Assembly (NCBI GenBank): GCA_945872305.1
Contig: CAMCAC010000001.1
Location: 2,970 to 66,969, forward strand
Source: Candidatus Kuenenia stuttgartensis
GTDB lineage: Bacteria; Planctomycetota; UBA11346
DNA length: 64,000 nucleotides
Direction of reading: 5' to 3'
Of the stretch, positions 10,915-19,722 are shown in pieces. The position numbers were made by a program, and so were the translations under genes. Every line of letters starts with the position of its first letter. Positions within the stretch are counted from its first letter, which is position 1. The notes under the pieces were generated by a model, which was not told the DNA's origin, made no database searches, and saw only the letters and a program-made list of their open reading frames with translations.

Positions 10915-11747
10915 AGGGCGCTCATCACCAGCTGCTGGGTGTACGCATGCTGGGGATCCTCGAGGATCTGGTCGGTCAGGCCGCTCTCGACGACCCGGCC
11001 GTGGCGCAGGACCAGGGTGCGGCCGGCGAGCAGGCGGACCACGCCGAGGTCGTGGGTGACCACGATCATCGCCACCCCGAGCTCCCGCTGGATCTCGAGG
11101 ATCAGGTCGAGGATCCGGGCCTGGACCGAGAGGTCGAGGCCGGTGGTGACCTCGTCGAGGAAGAGCAGTTCCGGCTGGGGCGCCAGGGCGCGGGCGATCT
11201 GCAGCCGCTGCTGCATGCCGCCGCTGAAGCGGCCGGGCTGGTCGTCGATGCGACCCGCGGGGATCTCGGTCCGGGTGAGCAGCGCCAGGGCCCGTTCGCG
11301 GATCGCGGCGAAGCGCCGCTCGCCGGAGCACAGCAGCCGCTCGGCGATGTTCCCGCCGGCGCTGACCCGGTAGTTGAGCCCCAGGTGGGGGTTCTGGTGG
11401 ACCATGCCGAAGCGGCCGTCGCGCAGCCGGCGGGCCACCGCTTCGTCCACCGTCGCCAGATCGTGGAGGGCGCCGTCCCGGTCGCGGAACACCGCGCTGC
11501 CGGCGGTGGGCCGGTCGTCCAGGTGGAGCAGCTTCACCACCGAGCTCTTGCCGCTGCCGCTCTCGCCCATCAGACCGAGGATCTCCCCCGGCCACAGGTC
11601 GAACGACACCCCGGACACCGCCACCACCGATCCGCACACCGGGCAGATGTTGGTGCCATGGTGGTCGCCAGTCAGTTCCCGGCAGCGCGGGCAGCCGGGG
11701 CCGTGGATGCGGGTGAGGTCGCGCACGCGCAGGACGGGATCGCTCAT
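10911..11747 (-). CDS. phnK: PhnK, C-P lyase ATP-binding component
   Basis: Product MSDPVLRVRDLTRIHGPGCPRCRELTGDHHGTNICPVCGSVVAVSGVSFDLWPGEILGLMGESGSGKSS... has the PhnK-specific CxxC…CxxC insertion before the Walker A motif, plus an ABC signature. Confidence 0.9.
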   Translation of the reverse strand: MSDPVLRVRDLTRIHGPGCPRCRELTGDHHGTNICPVCGSVVAVSGVSFDLWPGEILGLMGESGSGKSSVVKLLHLDDRPTAGSAVFRDRDGALHDLATVDEAVARRLRDGRFGMVHQNPHLGLNYRVSAGGNIAERLLCSGERRFAAIRERALALLTRTEIPAGRIDDQPGRFSGGMQQRLQIARALAPQPELLFLDEVTTGLDLSVQARILDLILEIQRELGVAMIVVTHDLGVVRLLAGRTLVLRHGRVVESGLTDQILEDPQHAYTQQLVMSAL

Positions 11748-12598
11748 GCCATCGCCTCCATCCGCTCGTCGCAGCGGTCCTGGTCGTTGCACTGCCAGCG
11801 CCGGGTGCCGTCGGGCAGGGGGATCTCGTCGAGAAAGGTGTCGCCGGCGCCGCAGCGGGCGCAGCGGTGGCGGCCGCCGTCCGCGGCGGCGAAGCGCTCG
11901 ACCTCGAACGGCACGTCGTCGAAGGCCAGGGGCACCACGTCGGTGTGGGGCGGCACCGCGTACAGCTTCTTCTCGCGTCCGGCGGCGAACAGGTGGGGCA
12001 CCGGGCTGCGGTGCAGCTTGGGCAGGTCCCAGCGGGGGATCGGCGAGGGATCGATGATGTAGCGGCCGTGGACCCGGGCCGGGTAGCGGTTCGACAGGGC
12101 GACCTCGCGGTAGCGCACGACGTCTTCATAGAGCTTCACCCAGAGTCGGGCGTAGTCCCCGTGGGCGTGCATGCGCCGGCGCTCCGCCTCGCTCGGCTCG
12201 ACGATCTGAAGGGGGTCCGGGTAGGGGACCTGGTAGACCATGACCTGGCCCGGGACCAGGGACCGTTCCGGCGTGCGGTGGCGGGTCTGGATCAGGGTCG
12301 CTTCGGCAGTCCGGGTGGTGGTCGCCATCCCCGGGCAGGCGTTGCCGATGAACCTGCGCAGGGCCACCGCATTCACCGAATCGTCGGCACCCTGGTCGAT
12401 GACCTTCAATTGGTCGCCGGGCACCGCGATGGCGAGGGTCACCTGCATGCCACCGGTACCGAAGCCCCGGGCCACCGGCATTTCCCGGCTCGCGTAGGGC
12501 ACCTGGTAGCCGGGGATCGCCAGGGCCTTGAGCAGCCCGCGGCGGATCTCGCGCACGGCGACCGCATCGAGGAATCCGAAATCGTCGTCGTTGGTCAT
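11744..12598 (-). CDS. phnJ: PhnJ, alpha-D-ribose-1-methylphosphonate-5-phosphate C-P lyase (radical SAM, 4-Cys)
   Basis: Product MTNDDDFGFLDAVAVREIRRGLLKALAIPGYQVPYASREMP... has the C-terminal CARCGAGDTFLDEIPLPDGTRRWQCNDQDRC four-cysteine motif. Overlaps phnK by 4 nt. Confidence 0.9.
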   Translation of the reverse strand: MTNDDDFGFLDAVAVREIRRGLLKALAIPGYQVPYASREMPVARGFGTGGMQVTLAIAVPGDQLKVIDQGADDSVNAVALRRFIGNACPGMATTTRTAEATLIQTRHRTPERSLVPGQVMVYQVPYPDPLQIVEPSEAERRRMHAHGDYARLWVKLYEDVVRYREVALSNRYPARVHGRYIIDPSPIPRWDLPKLHRSPVPHLFAAGREKKLYAVPPHTDVVPLAFDDVPFEVERFAAADGGRHRCARCGAGDTFLDEIPLPDGTRRWQCNDQDRCDERMEAMA

Positions 12599-12600
12599 GG

Positions 12601-12824
12601 CATCCCTTCGAGGCTTACAGGAGGGCGGGAGGACACGGAGGGCCGCGGAGGAGTGGAGGCAGGATCCCTCCGCGGCCCTCCGCGGTCTCCCGCCCTCCTG
12701 TGGCCGGCCGCAGGCCATCGAGGCGAGGGCTGACGTTCATCATGCGTTGCTGTCATGATGCAGAGGAGGCGGGAATGGATTCGAGGCTTACAGGAGGGCG
12801 GGAGGCCGCAGGCCATCGCATGCC
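12601..12824. repeat. Complex of nested GC-rich palindromes (REP/MITE-like) occupying a 226-bp gap between phnI and phnJ
   Basis: CTTACAGGAGGGCGGGAGG (12613-12632) is matched by its inverse TCTCCCGCCCTCCTGT (12685-12700). They enclose the inner palindrome GGAGGGCCGCGGAGG…CCTCCGCGGCCCTCC. A second copy of CGAGGCTTACAGGAGGGCGGGAGG lies at 12782-12805. GGCCGCAGGCCATCG occurs twice, and there is a TCATCATG/CATGATGA hairpin at 12738-12761. Confidence 0.55.
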
Positions 12825-13919
12825 TCATGGCGCGGCCTGCATCTTCGCCCGGCTGGTGCGCAGATTTTCCAGGTCGCTCTGGAAGGTCACATAGTGGGGC
12901 AACTTGTAGTGGCTGCAGAAGCCCATGGCTTCGATGCCGTCGATGTGGCAGACCACGAACTCCGCATCCTCTGCGGGGTGGCGGGCGCCGCGCTGCTCGC
13001 CGCTGACCATGGCGCGGTCGCACATGGCCATGGCGATGGCCTTGGTCTCCTGGTGGCCGAAGCAGGCGCCGTAGCCGAGGGACAGCCGCGGCGGCCCGTC
13101 GCTGCCCTGGTGGGCCTCGTGGGTGGCGATGATCTCGCATTCGGTGATCAGCACCTCGCCGGCCTCGACGGGCTCGCCGGTGAGGGGATGGGGCAGCCGC
13201 ACCGGCAGCCAGCCGACCCGCAGTTCCGCCACCGTCGGGTGCAGGTAGCCGTAGCCGCGCATGGTCGAATAGGCGATGGCGAGCAGCCCGCCGGTCTCGC
13301 CCCGGGCCATGTGGGCCAGCCGGGCCGGGCGCGGGATCGGGAAGGCCAGGGTCGAGCGGGTGATGTCCACCGCCTCGGTCCCGGCGGGCTGGTCGTCGAG
13401 CAGGCCCTCGGCCCGGAGCAGGTCGAGGACCTTCGGGAAGGTCGCGGGCACCGCGTCGTCGGGCAGGTCCTTGAACCAGTCCTTCACCACCGACTTGAAG
13501 GCCTCGGGGGACTCATCGATCAGCTCGCGGCGGAACAACCGTTGGAGGTAGTCGGTGGACGGCCCGAGCACCTGGCCGCCGGGGATCTCCTTGAACGCCG
13601 ACGAGATCCGACGCACCACCCGGAGATCATCGCCCCGGTGGGCCGCGGTCTCGCCGAGCCGCGGCAGGTGGCTGCGGTGGGCGCGGAGGATGAACGAGGC
13701 TTCGAGCGGATCGCCGAAGGCCTGTTTCACCGCCAGGGCCGCGAGCTGGGGATCGTGCAGGCCGCCCTCGGCCATGACCCGGTCCACGAGCAGCCGGAGC
13801 TGGTCGCGGATCTGGTCGACCCCAAGCGGATCCGCGGCGCCGGCGGTGCGCAGCAGCTCCAGGGTGCGGATGGCCTCGGTGATGGCGGCTTCGCCGCCGC
13901 GGACCGCGACATAGCCCAT
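12825..13919 (-). CDS. phnI: PhnI, ribose 1-methylphosphonate 5-triphosphate synthase (C-P lyase core)
   Basis: 364-aa product MGYVAVRGGEAAITEAIRTLELLRTAGA...GYGACFGHQETKAIAMAMCDRAM...; gene order G-H-I-J. Confidence 0.9.
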   Translation of the reverse strand: MGYVAVRGGEAAITEAIRTLELLRTAGAADPLGVDQIRDQLRLLVDRVMAEGGLHDPQLAALAVKQAFGDPLEASFILRAHRSHLPRLGETAAHRGDDLRVVRRISSAFKEIPGGQVLGPSTDYLQRLFRRELIDESPEAFKSVVKDWFKDLPDDAVPATFPKVLDLLRAEGLLDDQPAGTEAVDITRSTLAFPIPRPARLAHMARGETGGLLAIAYSTMRGYGYLHPTVAELRVGWLPVRLPHPLTGEPVEAGEVLITECEIIATHEAHQGSDGPPRLSLGYGACFGHQETKAIAMAMCDRAMVSGEQRGARHPAEDAEFVVCHIDGIEAMGFCSHYKLPHYVTFQSDLENLRTSRAKMQAAP

Positions 13920-13920
13920 G

Positions 13921-14466
13921 TCAGGCCTCCACCGCGGTGGTCCGCGGGATGCAGGTGACGCGCCCGGCGTCCACCAGGATGTAATCGACGCCGAGGGGAT
14001 GGGCGCACCAGCCGGCGCGGGCGGTGATCCAGGCCGGATCCAGGCCCCGGGGCGCCATCGTCGCGCTTCCATCGATGCCGGGCCCGCGCAAGTGCAGCGG
14101 CGCGCCGCCGTCGAGATAGTCCACCGCCAGCACCACCGTCGCCCCGCGCTCCGGCTGGAGCAGGGTGCCGCGGTCCGGCGCCAGGTCCCCGGGGACCCGG
14201 GCGCCCCGTGCGAGGATGAAGCGCGCCACCCCGGCGTCGGCCCGGCCGGCGCCGAGCCGCGAGGCGTCCAGCTCCGACAGCAGGCCGTCGCGGTCGTGCA
14301 GGGTGGTGTGGGCATCCACCAGGCAGGCGAGCACCGCGAGCAGGGCGCTGCCGCCGGCCCAGGGGGACAGATCATGCCGCGAGCCGGGCCGGGCCATGGC
14401 GTCGAGCAGGTGGCGGAAGACCTCGCGCTGGCCGGCGGCCCGCCACGGGTGGTCGAGGGTGATCAT
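13921..14466 (-). CDS. phnH: PhnH, C-P lyase core complex subunit
   Basis: 181-aa product MITLDHPWRAAGQREVFRHLLDAMARPG... (PhnH starts with …FR.L…AM..PG). Overlaps phnG by 4 nt. Confidence 0.8.
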   Translation of the reverse strand: MITLDHPWRAAGQREVFRHLLDAMARPGSRHDLSPWAGGSALLAVLACLVDAHTTLHDRDGLLSELDASRLGAGRADAGVARFILARGARVPGDLAPDRGTLLQPERGATVVLAVDYLDGGAPLHLRGPGIDGSATMAPRGLDPAWITARAGWCAHPLGVDYILVDAGRVTCIPRTTAVEA

Positions 14467-14909
14467 CCGGCGTCCTCCTGGCCCAGTTCGGCGAACGACA
14501 CCCGGGTCCGCTCGCGGATGGCGGCACGCATCCGGGCCAGGTCCCGGCGGGCGGCCCGGCCGCGCTCGCGCAGGGCCTCCACCTCGTGGGCGCCGGGCCA
14601 GCCGGCCCGGGCCACCGCATCGCACACCGCCAGGGCCCCGGCCCACTCGGCGTCGCCGTGGAGCAGCACCGCGCCGCCGCGGCAGGCGCCCAGGACCGGA
14701 TCGCGCAGCTCCACCGCCGCCTGGGCCGCGGGGACCTCGCCGACGAAGAAGCGGTCGTCCCGCACCGGCTCCGCCAGGCGGAGCAGCCACAGTCCCTCCG
14801 CCGGCACGGTGACCGGTTCGACCCGGCGCCCCGCGGCGACGAGTGCCGCCACGGCCAGGGCCTCGGCCCGGGGGGCGGCGGCGAGATCGGGATTCAGCTC
14901 GGGATCCAT
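14463..14909 (-). CDS. phnG: PhnG, C-P lyase core complex subunit
   Basis: 148-aa product MDPELNPDLAAAPRAEALAVAALV... sits between phnF and phnH with coupled overlaps. Confidence 0.75.
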   Translation of the reverse strand: MDPELNPDLAAAPRAEALAVAALVAAGRRVEPVTVPAEGLWLLRLAEPVRDDRFFVGEVPAAQAAVELRDPVLGACRGGAVLLHGDAEWAGALAVCDAVARAGWPGAHEVEALRERGRAARRDLARMRAAIRERTRVSFAELGQEDAG

Positions 14910-15595
14910 CACGACTCCAGGTGCAGGTCGAGGCGGTCGGCGCGGGCCCGGGTCACCGCCCATTCCCACGGGCGGCCCTGGGCATCGCCGCTCAGGGTGC
15001 GGATGCGCAGCACCGGCAGCCGCGGCGCGAGGCGCAGGCTGCGGGCATCGTCGGGCCCGGCGGGCACCGCCGAGATCCAGGTCGACAGCCGGCGCAGGCG
15101 CAGGCCGTAGCCGTGCAGGCAGTCGTGGACCGAGCCGCCCTCGAAACGCTGGTCCAGATCCGGCAGCGGCTCCGCCGGCAGGTGGTGGACGATGGTGCTG
15201 ATCGGCGTCGAGCCGGTCAGGCGCAGGGTGGCGATGCGCCACACCGGCGCCCCCGCCGCCAGCCGCAGCCGCCGGGCGGTGTCCGCATCCGCGGCGGTGC
15301 GCTGCACGCCGAGCAGCCGGCTCGCCGGGGCCAGCCCGAGATCCCGCAGGTTGAGGGTGAAGCGGGTGTGATCGCCGATGCGGTACGGGATCGGCGGCGG
15401 CGCCACCACGGTGCCCACGCCCCGTCGGCGTTCGACCAGTCCTTCGGCGGCGAGGCGGTCCACCGCCTGGCGCAGCCGGTGGCGGGTCACCCCGAGCCGT
15501 TCCGCCCACTCCGCCTCGGCCGGCAGTCGCTCGCCCGGGGCCAGGGGCGTGAGCTCCCGGCGCATGGCCTCCACCAGTTCGACATCCTCGGGCAT
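14909..15595 (-). CDS. phnF: PhnF, GntR/HutC-family transcriptional regulator of phosphonate utilisation
   Basis: 228-aa product MPEDVELVEAMRRELTPLAPGERLPAEAEWAERLGVTRHRLRQAVDRLAAEGLVERRRGVGTVV has the GntR winged HTH plus a UTRA-like C-domain. Start chosen at the internal ATG with the proper N-terminus. Confidence 0.75.
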   Translation of the reverse strand: MPEDVELVEAMRRELTPLAPGERLPAEAEWAERLGVTRHRLRQAVDRLAAEGLVERRRGVGTVVAPPPIPYRIGDHTRFTLNLRDLGLAPASRLLGVQRTAADADTARRLRLAAGAPVWRIATLRLTGSTPISTIVHHLPAEPLPDLDQRFEGGSVHDCLHGYGLRLRRLSTWISAVPAGPDDARSLRLAPRLPVLRIRTLSGDAQGRPWEWAVTRARADRLDLHLES

Positions 15596-15630
15596 GCCGT
15601 CGAGGCTAGCGGGACCGATGCGGATCCGTC

Positions 15631-15670
15631 GTGAATTCCCAGCCAGTGGACGATGAAGATGGCGTGAAGC
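15631..15670 (-). promoter_or_regulatory. PHO-box-like site in the divergent phnF / MFS promoter region
   Basis: Read on the minus strand: GGCTTCAC gcc ATCTTCAT cgt ccactggc tgg GAATTCAC. Three of four 8-mers match the TTCAY motif in 11-bp phase, about 36 bp from the phnF start. Confidence 0.4.
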
Positions 15671-15707
15671 CTTGCATCCGCCCAGGTCGCGCGCACGACC
15701 CGTAGGC

Positions 15708-16877
15708 ATGGCCATGGATCGCAGCACGGTGGCGCTCGCCCTGCGCCTGGGCACCGGCCAGACGATCCTGTGGGGATCCACCTACTACCTGCCGGCGATC
15801 CTGGCGGCGCCCATCGCCGCCTCCTGCGGGGTGGAACCGCTGCATGTGCACCTGGCGTTCTCCGGTGCGCTGGTGGTCTCCGCGGCGGTCGGACCGGCGG
15901 CGGGGGCGTGGATCGACCGCTCCGGCGGCGGGCCGGCCCTGGTCGCGGCGAGCGGGCTCGCGGCCCTGGGGCTCGCCCTCCTTGCCGGCGCCGACGGCCC
16001 GGTGCGGCTGACCGTGGCCTGGGTGGTCCTCGGGCTCGCCATGGGCAGCGGCCTGTACGATGCGGCCTTCGCCGCCGCGGTGAGGCTGCGCGGACCCGGG
16101 GCCCGCGCAGTGATCACCGGCATCACCCTGGTGGCGGGCTTCGCCAGCACCGTGGCTTGGCCGCTGACCGCGTGGTGGGCCGCCATGTGGGACTGGTCTG
16201 GGGCGTGCTGGGCGTGGATCGCCGTCCATCTGCTGGTGGCGGTGCCGTTGCATCTCGGACTGCCGAAGCCCGGTCCCCGGGTCGTCGTGGATCCCGACGC
16301 TCCGACGGATCCGCTGCCGCCGCCGCCCCGGGCCGCCGCGGCCCTGCTCGCCACCGTATTCGCCGCCACCTGGTTCATCACCACCGCCATGGCGGCGCAC
16401 CTGCCGGCGCTGCTCGCCGCCGGCGGCGTGGCCCCGGCCCTGGCGGTGGCCTGCGCCGCCCTGGTCGGTCCGAGCCAGGTGGCGGCGCGGATCGGCGAGG
16501 CCGCCCTGCTCCGCCGCTGCCATCCGCTCACCGCCGCTCGCTGGGCCGCCTGGGGGCATCCCGCGGGCGCGGCGGCCTTCGCCGTCGCCGGCTGGCCGGC
16601 GGCGTTCGCGATCCTGCACGGCGCCGGCAATGGCATCATGACCATCGCCAAGGGCACCCTGCCCCTGGCGGTTTTTGGTCCCGCCGGTTACGGCGCCCGC
16701 CAGGGCTGGCTGATGGTCCCCGCCCGCCTCGCCCAGGCCGCCGCCCCGGTCGCCTTCGCCGCCGCCCTGGCCGCCTGGGGCCTCGGTGCCCTGTGGCTCA
16801 CCGCCGCGTCCGCGGCGGTGTCGGTGGTGGCGCTGGCGGTGGTGGCGCGGGGGATCCGGGAGCGGTCGGTGCCGTGA
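15708..16877 (+). CDS. MFS transporter (12-TM), divergent from phnF
   Basis: Highly hydrophobic 390-aa product with two six-helix halves and a central loop (PKPGPRVVVDPDAPTDPL). Specificity unknown. Confidence 0.65.
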   Translation: MAMDRSTVALALRLGTGQTILWGSTYYLPAILAAPIAASCGVEPLHVHLAFSGALVVSAAVGPAAGAWIDRSGGGPALVAASGLAALGLALLAGADGPVRLTVAWVVLGLAMGSGLYDAAFAAAVRLRGPGARAVITGITLVAGFASTVAWPLTAWWAAMWDWSGACWAWIAVHLLVAVPLHLGLPKPGPRVVVDPDAPTDPLPPPPRAAAALLATVFAATWFITTAMAAHLPALLAAGGVAPALAVACAALVGPSQVAARIGEAALLRRCHPLTAARWAAWGHPAGAAAFAVAGWPAAFAILHGAGNGIMTIAKGTLPLAVFGPAGYGARQGWLMVPARLAQAAAPVAFAAALAAWGLGALWLTAASAAVSVVALAVVARGIRERSVP

Positions 16878-16883
16878 CGGACC

Positions 16884-17056
16884 CGGAGCGCACCGCTCCG
16901 CGGTGCGCTCCGGGTGTGTACCATAGGCGACTTGGTATCGAACCCGGAGCGAACAGTTCAGGGTGATGGCATGGGGCACGGAGCGCACCGCTCCGCGGTG
17001 CAAGTATCCGACGTGAGATGTTTCATCGTGTCCGCGCACCACGGCGTGGTGCGCTC
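16884..17056. repeat. Cluster of GC-rich perfect hairpins (REP-like): two copies of GGAGCGCACCGCTCCGCGGTGC(GCTCC) and one GCGCACCACGGCGTGGTGCGC
   Basis: 16884-16910 is a 12-bp stem with a 3-nt loop; 16981-17002 is the second copy; 17036-17056 is a 10-bp stem. They lie in the convergent gap between the MFS gene and the GNAT gene. Confidence 0.45.
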
Positions 17057-17082
17057 CGTGTGTCGCTTTCCCGCCCGACGGC

Positions 17083-17535
17083 TCAGAGCTCGACGCGGAA
17101 ACTCACCCCGTGGCGTTGGAAGCCGATCGCCTCGTAGAAGGCGTGGGCGCCGGTGCGGGCCTCGTTCGAGGAGAGGGCGAGCTTGTAGCAGCGGGCCTGG
17201 CGGCAGAGGCCCATGGCGTGCTGCATCATCGCCGCGCCGACGCCCTTGCCCTGGCAGGCGGGATCGACGGCGACCGCTTCGACGATGCCTTCGCCGGCAC
17301 CGCCGTGGACCAGGGTGGGGAAGACCATGAGGCTGTAGGTGCCGACCACGGCGTCGCCGTCCACCGCCACCCACACCGAGGCGCCGCGGAAGGCCATGAG
17401 CCGGCGGAACAGCACCGCGAGCTCTTCGGGGTCCGGGGCGGCGCGGCCGTCCGGCTCCAGGATGCCGAGCAGGCGGGCCATCTCGGGGAAATCCCCCTCC
17501 TCGGCGTGGCGGATGCGGATCGTGGTGTCGGTCAT
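17083..17535 (-). CDS. GNAT-family N-acetyltransferase (possible PhnO-like aminoalkylphosphonate N-acetyltransferase)
   Basis: 150-aa product MTDTTIRIRHAEEGDFPEMARLLG...AVDPACQGKGVGAAMMQHAM... has the GNAT acetyl-CoA binding motif Q/RxxGxG/A. It is divergent from phnC and shares a PHO-box promoter region. Confidence 0.65.
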   Translation of the reverse strand: MTDTTIRIRHAEEGDFPEMARLLGILEPDGRAAPDPEELAVLFRRLMAFRGASVWVAVDGDAVVGTYSLMVFPTLVHGGAGEGIVEAVAVDPACQGKGVGAAMMQHAMGLCRQARCYKLALSSNEARTGAHAFYEAIGFQRHGVSFRVEL

Positions 17536-17556
17536 GGGGGGAGCATCAGGGGCTCC

Positions 17557-17575
17557 TGTGAATCGTGGATGAAGA
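17557..17575 (-). promoter_or_regulatory. PHO-box-like site oriented toward the GNAT gene (minus strand: ATCTTCAT cca CGATTCAC)
   Basis: 11-bp phased 8-mers of the shared TTCAY motif. Confidence 0.4.
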
Positions 17576-17630
17576 TCCCATGTGCGGTCGGCGTGGATCC
17601 GGTTGCGAACCTTCCCTGGACATCCACGGA

Positions 17631-17649
17631 ATCTTCATCCAGTCGTCAC
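17631..17649 (+). promoter_or_regulatory. PHO-box-like site oriented toward phnC (ATCTTCAT cca GTCGTCAC)
   Basis: 11-bp phased 8-mers, 23 bp before the annotated ATG of phnC. Confidence 0.4.
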
Positions 17650-17671
17650 ACCCGAGGGTCACTGTCGGGGC

Positions 17672-18655
17672 ATGCAGGCCACCGTCCCCGCCATCCCGGA
17701 ATCCACCAGCACCAACGAGCGCACCCGGGCGGGGCGTCCCGTCCCGCAGGTGCGGGGGCGGGCGGCACGTACGACGGTCCACACCGAGCATCGGTTGCAG
17801 CCGAGCGACATCACCGTGGAGCGAGTCAGCCGGACCTTCCGGGGCATGAATGGCCACCGGCGCGCCCTGAAGGATGTCCACCTGCGCATCGCCCCGGGGG
17901 AGATGGTCGCGTTGATCGGACCGAGCGGATCGGGGAAATCGACCCTGCTCCGGACACTGGCCGGTCTGCTCGTGGCCGATGCCGGCAGCGGACCGATCAT
18001 GGTTGGAGGTCGGACCGTGCAGCGGGACGGCCGCCTTGCCCCGGATGTCCGCGCGACGCGCGCGGGCGTCGGGATGGTCTTCCAGCAGTTCAATCTGACC
18101 GACCGCCTGCCGGTGATCGTCAATGTGATGGTCGGCATGATCAGCCGGATCCCCTCCTGGCGGGTGGCCCTGGGCCTGTTCACGGACGAGGAGCGCATGG
18201 TCGCGCTGCATGCGCTGGCACGGGTCGGGATCCTCGACCAGGCCTGGCAGCGGAGCGGCACGCTCTCCGGAGGCCAGCAGCAGCGCGCTGCCATCGCCCG
18301 GGCCCTGGTCCAGCGTCCAGGGGTGATCCTTGGGGACGAGCCGATCGCGAGCCTTGATCCGGCCAGTTGCCGCCTGGTCATGGAGGCGTTCGCCCGGATC
18401 AACCGCCAGGATGGCGCCACGGTGGTCATCTCCCTGCACCAGATCGACGGGGCCGTGCGGTTCTGTTCGCGGATCGTCGCCCTGCGCGACGGATCGGTGG
18501 TCTACGACGGCCCCGCATCCGGCCTGTGCCCGGACACCCTCCGCTCCATCTACGGCGAGGAGTTCCACGCCGCCGGCGGTGACGATGCGCTTGGCGACCT
18601 GTGCCGGCCATCCGCCGCGGAACAGCCGTCCCGGCGCATGCCGGTGCCCGCCTGA
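17672..18655 (+). CDS. phnC: PhnC, phosphonate ABC transporter ATP-binding protein
   Basis: [10 protein letters not shown]...[18 protein letters not shown]...[15 protein letters not shown]...[12 protein letters not shown] matches PhnC throughout. The exact start is uncertain: the annotated ATG gives ~20 extra N-terminal residues, and a downstream TTG is possible. Confidence 0.8.
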   Translation: MQATVPAIPESTSTNERTRAGRPVPQVRGRAARTTVHTEHRLQPSDITVERVSRTFRGMNGHRRALKDVHLRIAPGEMVALIGPSGSGKSTLLRTLAGLLVADAGSGPIMVGGRTVQRDGRLAPDVRATRAGVGMVFQQFNLTDRLPVIVNVMVGMISRIPSWRVALGLFTDEERMVALHALARVGILDQAWQRSGTLSGGQQQRAAIARALVQRPGVILGDEPIASLDPASCRLVMEAFARINRQDGATVVISLHQIDGAVRFCSRIVALRDGSVVYDGPASGLCPDTLRSIYGEEFHAAGGDDALGDLCRPSAAEQPSRRMPVPA

Positions 18656-18698
18656 TCCATCCTCATCCCGTCTCGCCCCCTCTTCCCTAGGAGCCCCC

Positions 18699-19667
18699 AT
18701 GACCAACCCCTTCCGTGCCACCATCCTGGCCCTCACCCTCGCCGCGGCGCCCGCCGCTGCCGAGGACATGCCCACCAAGCTCGTCTTCGGGATCATCAGC
18801 ACCGAGTCCACCGTCGCTCTCAAGCCGAGCTGGGAGCCCTTCATCGCCGACCTGTCCGCCGCGATCGGCATGCCGGTGGAGGCATTCTTTGCCTCGGAGT
18901 ACGCCGGGGTGATCGAAGGCATGCGCTTCAAGAAGGTCGATATCGCCTGGCACGGCAACAAGAGCGCCATCGGTGCCGTGGACCGCGCCGGCGGCGAGGT
19001 GTTCTGCAAGGTGCTCAACATGGAAGGCCAGGAAGGTTACTACTCCTATGTGGTCACTCACACCGAGAGCCAGCTGACCTCGATCGAGGATGTGCTGGCC
19101 AAGGGCCCTGGGATCACCTTCAGCATGGGCGATCCCAACAGCACCTCGGGGACGCTGGTCCCCGGCTACTATATCTTCGCCCAGCGCGGGATCGACCCCA
19201 AGAAGCACTTCAAGCGCCTGACCAATGCCAAGCACGAGGCCAACGCCCTGGCAGTGGTCAACAAGCAGGTCGATGCCGCGACGCTTGCCAGCGACGTCCA
19301 TGAGCGCATGCAGAGCACCGCTCCGGACAAGGTGGCCCAGCTGCGCATCGTCTGGAAATCGCCGTTGATCCCCAGCGACCCGATGGTCTACCGCACCGAT
19401 CTGCCCGCCGATCTCAAGACGAAGATCCGCGACTTCTTCATCACCTACGGCAAGACGGAGGCCGAGCGGGCCAAGCTCTCCACCCGCAAGTGGTCGGGCT
19501 TCCGGGCGTCGGACAACAGCCAGCTCATCCCGATCCGTGAACTGGAGTTCGCCAAGAAGAAGCTCGAGATCGCCGCGGACGAGAAGCTCTCGGCCGCCGA
19601 GAAGCAGGCCAAGACTGCCGAGATCGACCAGCAGCTCGCGGCCCTGAAGGTCCAGGCCGCCAAGTGA
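18699..19667 (+). CDS. phnD: PhnD, phosphonate ABC transporter periplasmic substrate-binding protein
   Basis: AGGAG RBS 6 nt upstream. Signal peptide MTNPFRATILALTLAAAPAAA, then PhnD-like KLVFGIISTESTVALKPSWEPF...TSGTLVPGYYIF... Confidence 0.9.
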   Translation: MTNPFRATILALTLAAAPAAAEDMPTKLVFGIISTESTVALKPSWEPFIADLSAAIGMPVEAFFASEYAGVIEGMRFKKVDIAWHGNKSAIGAVDRAGGEVFCKVLNMEGQEGYYSYVVTHTESQLTSIEDVLAKGPGITFSMGDPNSTSGTLVPGYYIFAQRGIDPKKHFKRLTNAKHEANALAVVNKQVDAATLASDVHERMQSTAPDKVAQLRIVWKSPLIPSDPMVYRTDLPADLKTKIRDFFITYGKTEAERAKLSTRKWSGFRASDNSQLIPIRELEFAKKKLEIAADEKLSAAEKQAKTAEIDQQLAALKVQAAK

Positions 19668-19722
19668 TGACATGCCATCCCGGGTCGGGCGGTCACGCCC
19701 GCCCCGGGGTGGGGAGCACCCC

